Assembly (NCBI GenBank): GCA_019057795.1 | Contig: JAHLWS010000016.1 | Coordinates: 1-13,301 of the forward strand | Direction of reading: 5' to 3' | Source: Promethearchaeota archaeon | GTDB lineage: Archaea > Asgardarchaeota > Lokiarchaeia > Sigyniarchaeales > SOKP01 | Length of the DNA: 13,301 nucleotides | Part shown: piece by piece, positions 8,760 to 13,301 of the stretch | How the letters are laid out: every line of letters begins with the position of its first letter | Position numbering within the stretch: the first letter of the stretch is position 1 | Position numbers and translations under genes: made by a program | Notes under the pieces: model-generated | Told to the model about the DNA's origin: nothing | Databases searched by the model: none | What the model saw: only the letters and a program-made list of their open reading frames with translations

Positions 8760-8955
8760 TCATTTATTAATCTTTACCGTAATAGAACAAAAAACGCCTT
8801 TTTCTGGAAAAGAAATTCTAATTTTATTATCGAAAATTTCTTTATCGAGGGCGTAAAAGATTTGATCCTTAAGTGCCGAAACTTTGTCTTGAAACCAGGT
8901 CTTAAATTTACTTGTTTCAAAAGATTTGTTAAAAAAATTAGTGTCTATTTTGATC
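8760..8955 (-). pseudogene. Possible 3' remnant of an unknown gene abutting the transposase fragment
   Basis: The last ~64 aa of ORF 8760..9167 (IKIDTNFFNKSFETSKFKTWFQDKVSALKDQIFYALDKEIFDNKIRISF...) look protein-like. The rest of that ORF is antisense to the transposase. Confidence 0.35.
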
Positions 8956-9729
8956 GAACACGTGAAAATCTCAGAAAGCACGATTCGAAAATATATTAAC
9001 GAAATTGACGCATTTCTTTCAAACCAAATAGACAAACATACGGTCCAAATACTTAAAGCACAAGGAAAAATCATTTTAGCACTAGACGGGCAGAAACCCG
9101 ACAATAAAGGGGCTGCTTTATGGCTCTTCGTTGATCTCATTAGCAATCGTGTTTTAAAAATCGTCATCCTGGAATCTGCAGACCATGCTACGCTTCACGC
9201 TCTCGTGGAAGAAATCCGTACTTTTTACGAGGTTGAATTAATAGGACTAGTTTCCGACAAGCAAGGTTCGATTGTGAAAATGCGGGATATTTTTTATGCC
9301 GAGATCCTGCACCAATATTGCCATTTTCACTTTCTTCAAAATCTTTGGAATCACATCGCAGCTAAGGACGGAAACTTGCATAAAGAATTAAGTAAAGCTG
9401 TGAATAATCTCCATATTTTAAAGGTTTCTAAAACTAGGAAGATCTTTTTTGAAGGAATTGGGAAAGCGCCCATTTGAGAGGTGTTTCGAGAAGTTGAGCA
9501 ATCCTTGAGAACCCTCATAAAAGCCAGGACAAGAAAGTTTGAACATCTGCGTGGTGTTGAAGTCTACGAACGATTAAGTCGCTATATAGAAGAGATGGAC
9601 CAAATACTGGCGGCAGAGGATCCAGATCGCAAAATCGTGCAGCTTATGAATAAAACCGCAGATTTACTGCACCACGCATTAAAAGAAACGGAAAACCACT
9701 ATAAAGCGTGCATAGAATCTCTTTTTTGA
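8926..9729 (+). pseudogene. Mutator/IS256-like (CxxH-type) DDE transposase pseudogene, truncated at both ends
   Basis: HTH-like KISESTIRKY, first Asp in ILALDGQKP, second Asp in GLVSDKQ, and HQYCHFHFLQN (CxxH). ORFs 8926..9477 and 9481..9729 share one frame, separated by a single TGA. No catalytic Glu region or terminal IRs recognised. Confidence 0.85.
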
Positions 9730-9985
9730 AAAAAATCTATTATCTAATTTACATTTAATAATGTTCTTTTTTCTAACTATTACTCCTTTCATATTTCGTT
9801 CTCTCGATGAATTCTTCCTTGCTGTCGTCCGACATAAATATCCGCTATATAAATACATATTTACCATTTTAAATTATACTTTCTTATAATCCTATCAATA
9901 CTGTAATAAAGCCTTGAAAGCCTATTCCTTATTTAGTTGAATCATTTTGTCATATTAAGGGGCGTACTTCTTTATTCGTGAAGCA

Positions 9986-10143
9986 TTACTCCCATCTTTT
10001 GCCAATACTTAGATAAATTAAAAGTGCTGCGCAAAATCCCATTGCGAGATTAACGATAGCAATAAAATTTTTGAAAAAAAAAAATTATCAACCAACGCAT
10101 TATAGAGTATTATTAAGTATACTAATAAGAATTTTAAATACAT
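9986..10143 (-). pseudogene. Putative 52-aa two-TM protein frameshifted at a T11 homopolymer
   Basis: ATG at 10143 gives MYLKFLLVYLIILYNALVDNFFF. Adding one T to the run at 10074-10084 continues into FKNFIAIVNLAMGFCAALLIYLSIGKRWE* (stop 9986-9988). Confidence 0.3.
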
Positions 10144-10258
10144 ACTAATTGCGATTTTTTTTTTATTCTTTAATTTTTATTTAAATGTATAGATAGCTAG
10201 ATTTAAATTATCTCATATACAATAAAATTACATAAAAAAAATCTTACCAAGAGATAAA

Positions 10259-11833
10259 ATGACGTTAAACAACAAACAAAATTTAAAAGACCAAATCCCA
10301 AACTTAAAGGGAAGGTTCGACGCGCTTAGAGTCTATGGGGACGAGAGAGATTTCAATATTTTCGAAGTAAAAGAAAGCAAAAGCGAAAGAAATTGCGAAG
10401 TGCCCATCAGGGCTTACTTTCTTTACCCCGAATTGAAAAACAACCCTCAAAACAAGAGGTTATTAAGCGTTGAATGCGTTGAAAACGCTCTTATCGAGTT
10501 CGTAAAGTATAGATATAGAAATTGGTCGAAAACAGTTTCTTACAACAGGATTGAAGACAGACATACCGAAGACTTTGACTTAAGTAATTCGTGCGCTATA
10601 AAGTTAAGTTCGTACGTTGAAATTATTAACGCGCGAAGAACTGATCCCGAAAAAGCTAAAGCTATCTCGAAGAGATTAATAGACAACATAGAATTGATAA
10701 ACCAATACAAGTACGAAAAGATTACTAAACGCGAATTTGAAGGCGAAATGCGGAGAAGAACGGCAGAAATAGAAAGAAAACAATCAAAGCCACGGTCTAT
10801 GGAGCTTCTTAAAAAAGACAACGAGGTTTTAATTCAACACATAGAAAAATATGTCGGGAAAATAGAGAAATCGATACACAACCAAGCGTTTGAGTTAGCC
10901 CCTCTGAGCGTTCACATTATTCCCGAAACTCACGACCGTAAGGGTGGCGCGTTAGTGACGACTGGGTTGAGCGTTTTACCTATGCACCCTCCAGGTCCTA
11001 TGAGAGCTTTAAAGTATTCCGAATTGTTAATTAGGCTTCCTAAAGATTGGCCCTTACCGCTTAAAGAGTTAAAAATAGACGATTTCTTTTGGCCTATAGG
11101 GGAACTAATGCATTTAATGCGGTACATTCACGAAGATCAGCAATGGTTTTTTGACATGCACACATTTGGAAATGGAGATCCCCCGCATCCTTACGCTCCT
11201 AACACCAATTTTTGCGGGTTCCTTTTTACTTTGCCTGTTCTTTCGCTTCCACCCGAGTTCTGCGAGTTAAAAATCGACGATTCGAAAAGCATAATCTTTT
11301 TACAACTCTTACCTCTTTACAAAGAAGAAATGGATTTTGCTATAACCGACACTTCGGAAGCTTTGCTAAAAAAGTTCGAGGAACAAGGCTCTCCCGACTA
11401 CATAGACGTAAACAGAAAAAGCGTAGTTGGTTCGGCGGAAGTTACCCCTGGAGAGTCTAAGACAGCCGGTATGTGGTGTCCTAACTGCAAGAATACGATT
11501 AGAAACTTTAAACTGGAAGGTGTTAGGTGTCCAACGTGCAAACGCGTTATAGTAAAAGATCAAAACGGGGAGTTAATGGCGCTCGATATTCCCGAAGAAA
11601 AGGGTTCCGTGTCGAAGAAGGTGGAGAAAAAAGCGGAAAAATTGTTTTTTGAAGCGTTAGATTATTTAGATAAACATATCCCCGAAAAAGCTTTAGAGCT
11701 CCTTACTAAAGCGTTTAAACTAAACCCTTACGATAGGCGTATCTGGAGCGTGAAAAGCACTTTGTTATTTGAGTTAGGGAGGCGCAAAGAAGCCTACGAG
11801 TGCGGAAAAGAAGGTTTAAAATACTTACAATAG
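10259..11833 (+). CDS. Suppressor-of-fused (SUFU) domain protein with C-terminal Zn ribbon and TPR
   Basis: aa ~194-390 carry SUFU-family motifs (HIEKYVG, LVTTGLSVLPM, YSELLIRLPKDWP, WPIGEL, FLQLLPLYKEEMDFA, IDVNRKSVV). CPNC-x13-CPTC at aa 407-427. TPR-like region at the C-terminus (ALELLTKAFKLNPYDRRIWSVKSTLLFELGRRKEAYEC). Confidence 0.9.
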   Translation: MTLNNKQNLKDQIPNLKGRFDALRVYGDERDFNIFEVKESKSERNCEVPIRAYFLYPELKNNPQNKRLLSVECVENALIEFVKYRYRNWSKTVSYNRIEDRHTEDFDLSNSCAIKLSSYVEIINARRTDPEKAKAISKRLIDNIELINQYKYEKITKREFEGEMRRRTAEIERKQSKPRSMELLKKDNEVLIQHIEKYVGKIEKSIHNQAFELAPLSVHIIPETHDRKGGALVTTGLSVLPMHPPGPMRALKYSELLIRLPKDWPLPLKELKIDDFFWPIGELMHLMRYIHEDQQWFFDMHTFGNGDPPHPYAPNTNFCGFLFTLPVLSLPPEFCELKIDDSKSIIFLQLLPLYKEEMDFAITDTSEALLKKFEEQGSPDYIDVNRKSVVGSAEVTPGESKTAGMWCPNCKNTIRNFKLEGVRCPTCKRVIVKDQNGELMALDIPEEKGSVSKKVEKKAEKLFFEALDYLDKHIPEKALELLTKAFKLNPYDRRIWSVKSTLLFELGRRKEAYECGKEGLKYLQ

Positions 11834-11897
11834 TCGTTAATTTATGGTAACCAATACGCTACACTTCCATAAGTGCTAAAATTTAAATTTCTAAATC

Positions 11898-11907
11898 TTT
11901 TTTTTTT
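11898..11907 (+). terminator. T10 tract, possible terminator for the SUFU-domain gene
   Basis: T10 run 65 nt after the stop at 11833 and just before the ATG at 11912. Confidence 0.3.
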
Positions 11908-11911
11908 CTAT

Positions 11912-12613
11912 ATGACAATTGAAATATTAAAGACTGTATTAAAAAAAATAACAATTGGAATTGCTTCAATATTTGTATATTTACCGGTAATAGGTGGTAT
12001 TCTTGCTCCAATGGCTTTGATAATTGGGATTGATTTTTATATCTCTTGGAAATTAATCGGATATAGTTATACCGATTGGACTTGGGCTTATTATTTAATA
12101 AATCCATTATTAATTCCCATTATAATTTCAATTGAAATGTTAATATTTTGTTTCGGATTAGGATTATTTTTAACTGGTTTAATTACGATAGTGAAAAAAA
12201 AGATAGAAGGGGACACATTAATTCAAACAGGGATATATAAATATATACGGCATCCACAAAATCTAGGGATTATCTTTATGTTTCTCCCATTTGTTCTATA
12301 TATTCCTGGATTCAGAGACATTGGAATTCGAATGGGTGAAATTGCATCTTGGATGTTTTTTACTTTTATTATTTGCCTTTATTCATATTATGAGGAATGG
12401 AGATTAGTGAGAAAATATAAAGAAATATATTTGGAGTACTATAAAAAGACTGGATTCTTTATCCCTAAATTTTTGCGCAATAAAAATGAATCTTTAATCA
12501 ATATAAATTTCTCGAAAAAAATTCTCATAGTAGCTGTAATATTTCTCGCATTTTTTATTACATTTTTCATAACTGTTCAATTATTTATTAATGAATTAAT
12601 GATTTATAAATAG
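11912..12613 (+). CDS. Isoprenylcysteine carboxyl methyltransferase/PEMT-family membrane methyltransferase
   Basis: Multi-TM protein with LIQTGIYKYIRHPQNLG and EEWRLVRKYKEIYLEYYKKTGFFIP motifs. ATG at 11912 is preferred over the GTG at 11873 in the ORF track. Confidence 0.9.
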   Translation: MTIEILKTVLKKITIGIASIFVYLPVIGGILAPMALIIGIDFYISWKLIGYSYTDWTWAYYLINPLLIPIIISIEMLIFCFGLGLFLTGLITIVKKKIEGDTLIQTGIYKYIRHPQNLGIIFMFLPFVLYIPGFRDIGIRMGEIASWMFFTFIICLYSYYEEWRLVRKYKEIYLEYYKKTGFFIPKFLRNKNESLININFSKKILIVAVIFLAFFITFFITVQLFINELMIYK

Positions 12614-12903
12614 TTTTTTCTTTAATTATGTCTGGACCTTTGCCTAAAGTTTTTACAAAAGGTTTCCTTCAAGGCGATTTTCGTAGTATTTTTTACGTAA
12701 ATGGGTAAGCAATAGACTTAGGTTTACTCGTAGGTCTTATGCGAACCTAAGGCGTTGCCAAAAAAACATAGAGGCAACCTAACTTTTTTGTGTAATCGAT
12801 ACCTCTCTTCACAAACTTTAAAAAAACTTGCGATCGACAATTCTTAAAAGTAAGAATATCGAAAAACAAAATTAATTTGAAAGTAAAGTTACCAGCATAA
12901 CCA

Positions 12904-13149
12904 ATGAACGATCGAATTGACTTTAGGCCGTTAGAAAGCCTAGCGGACGAGTGGAGCGAGGCTAAAGCGAACGATTTGTTCCGGGACTACCTCAAAAAGC
13001 TAGAAAAATACCTTGAAATAGCGCCGGTTGAAAAGCACGTATCGATATCTATGGCGAAAGATTAAGGCTTTGTAGAAATTCTTCGATTTTTTATAAATAA
13101 ACTGTTTAGCGTAAAAGAGATTTACGATTACTTCAAATTATATCAATAA
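12904..13149 (+). pseudogene. Gene remnant: 53-aa ORF plus an in-frame 27-aa continuation after a TAA
   Basis: MNDRIDFRPLESLADEWSEAKANDLFRDYLKKLEKYLEIAPVEKHVSISMAKD* (12904..13065), then GFVEILRFFINKLFSVKEIYDYFKLYQ*. Helical, protein-like and more GC-rich than its flanks. Below the ORF-track length cutoff. Confidence 0.5.
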
Positions 13150-13208
13150 AATCATTTAGAAAAAAAAGAAAATAATTAAAAAATTTCTATAAAATTAAAT
13201 AAGATAAT

Positions 13209-13239
13209 TTTTATCTTTTTGTTGAAGAAAAAGATAAAA
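13209..13239. repeat. Perfect 12-bp inverted repeat with 7-nt spacer
   Basis: TTTTATCTTTTT-GTTGAAG-AAAAAGATAAAA. Confidence 0.7.
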
Positions 13240-13301
13240 GTGACATTTTGGTTTAGATAATTGATAATAAAAAAAATTAAAGAGAAGTGAAAATTTTTAC
13301 A

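Noticed and set aside
8956-9167. N-terminal half of ORF 8760..9167 as a real gene
   Set aside because: It is the antisense of the transposase core.
9475-9477. Selenocysteine recoding of the in-frame TGA
   Set aside because: The context is a truncated transposase with no redox motif, and no SECIS-like element was recognised. A CGA>TGA change is simpler.
10110-10128. Palindrome TTATT-A-AGTATACT-AATAA
   Set aside because: Almost all A/T and imperfect, so plausible by chance in this background.
10540-12107. Short ORFs inside the SUFU and methyltransferase genes
   Set aside because: Shadow ORFs with no motifs.
12747-12821. Minus-strand peptide LKFVKRGIDYTKKLGCLYVFLATP, reminiscent of GNAT or sugar-isomerase helices
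   Set aside because: Too short, ends in a stop and is ambiguous between families, so it cannot be supported without a search.
1-13301. CRISPR array, tRNA or rRNA
   Set aside because: No regularly spaced repeats, cloverleaf or GC-rich structural RNA signatures were seen.

Overview
AT-rich window that looks archaeal (GGTGA-type ribosome-binding sites, T-tract terminators). The style of the proteins suggests Asgard/Lokiarchaeia, but this is inference only. The core is an intact minus-strand three-gene operon. It encodes a ~1570-aa signal-peptide-bearing, C-terminally anchored surface protein with about 12 DxxxDGxxD Ca-binding FG-GAP-like loops in PQQ-type beta-propeller blades, a sequon-rich central domain and an Ig-like stalk (integrin-alpha/ITFG-like topology), followed by an ABC ATPase and an ABC-2-type permease. 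A 33-bp near-perfect palindrome precedes the operon. To the left are two short or truncated HEPN-like (Rx4H) ORFs and two hypothetical ORFs. To the right are a doubly truncated Mutator/IS256-like DDE transposase pseudogene, a frameshifted small membrane ORF, a 524-aa protein (unknown N-terminal domain, SUFU domain, Zn ribbon, TPR), an ICMT/PEMT-family membrane methyltransferase, a hairpin-rich spacer, a gene remnant and a perfect 12-bp inverted repeat. No rRNA, tRNA or CRISPR array was seen. All family assignments come from reading motifs by eye, not from database searches.
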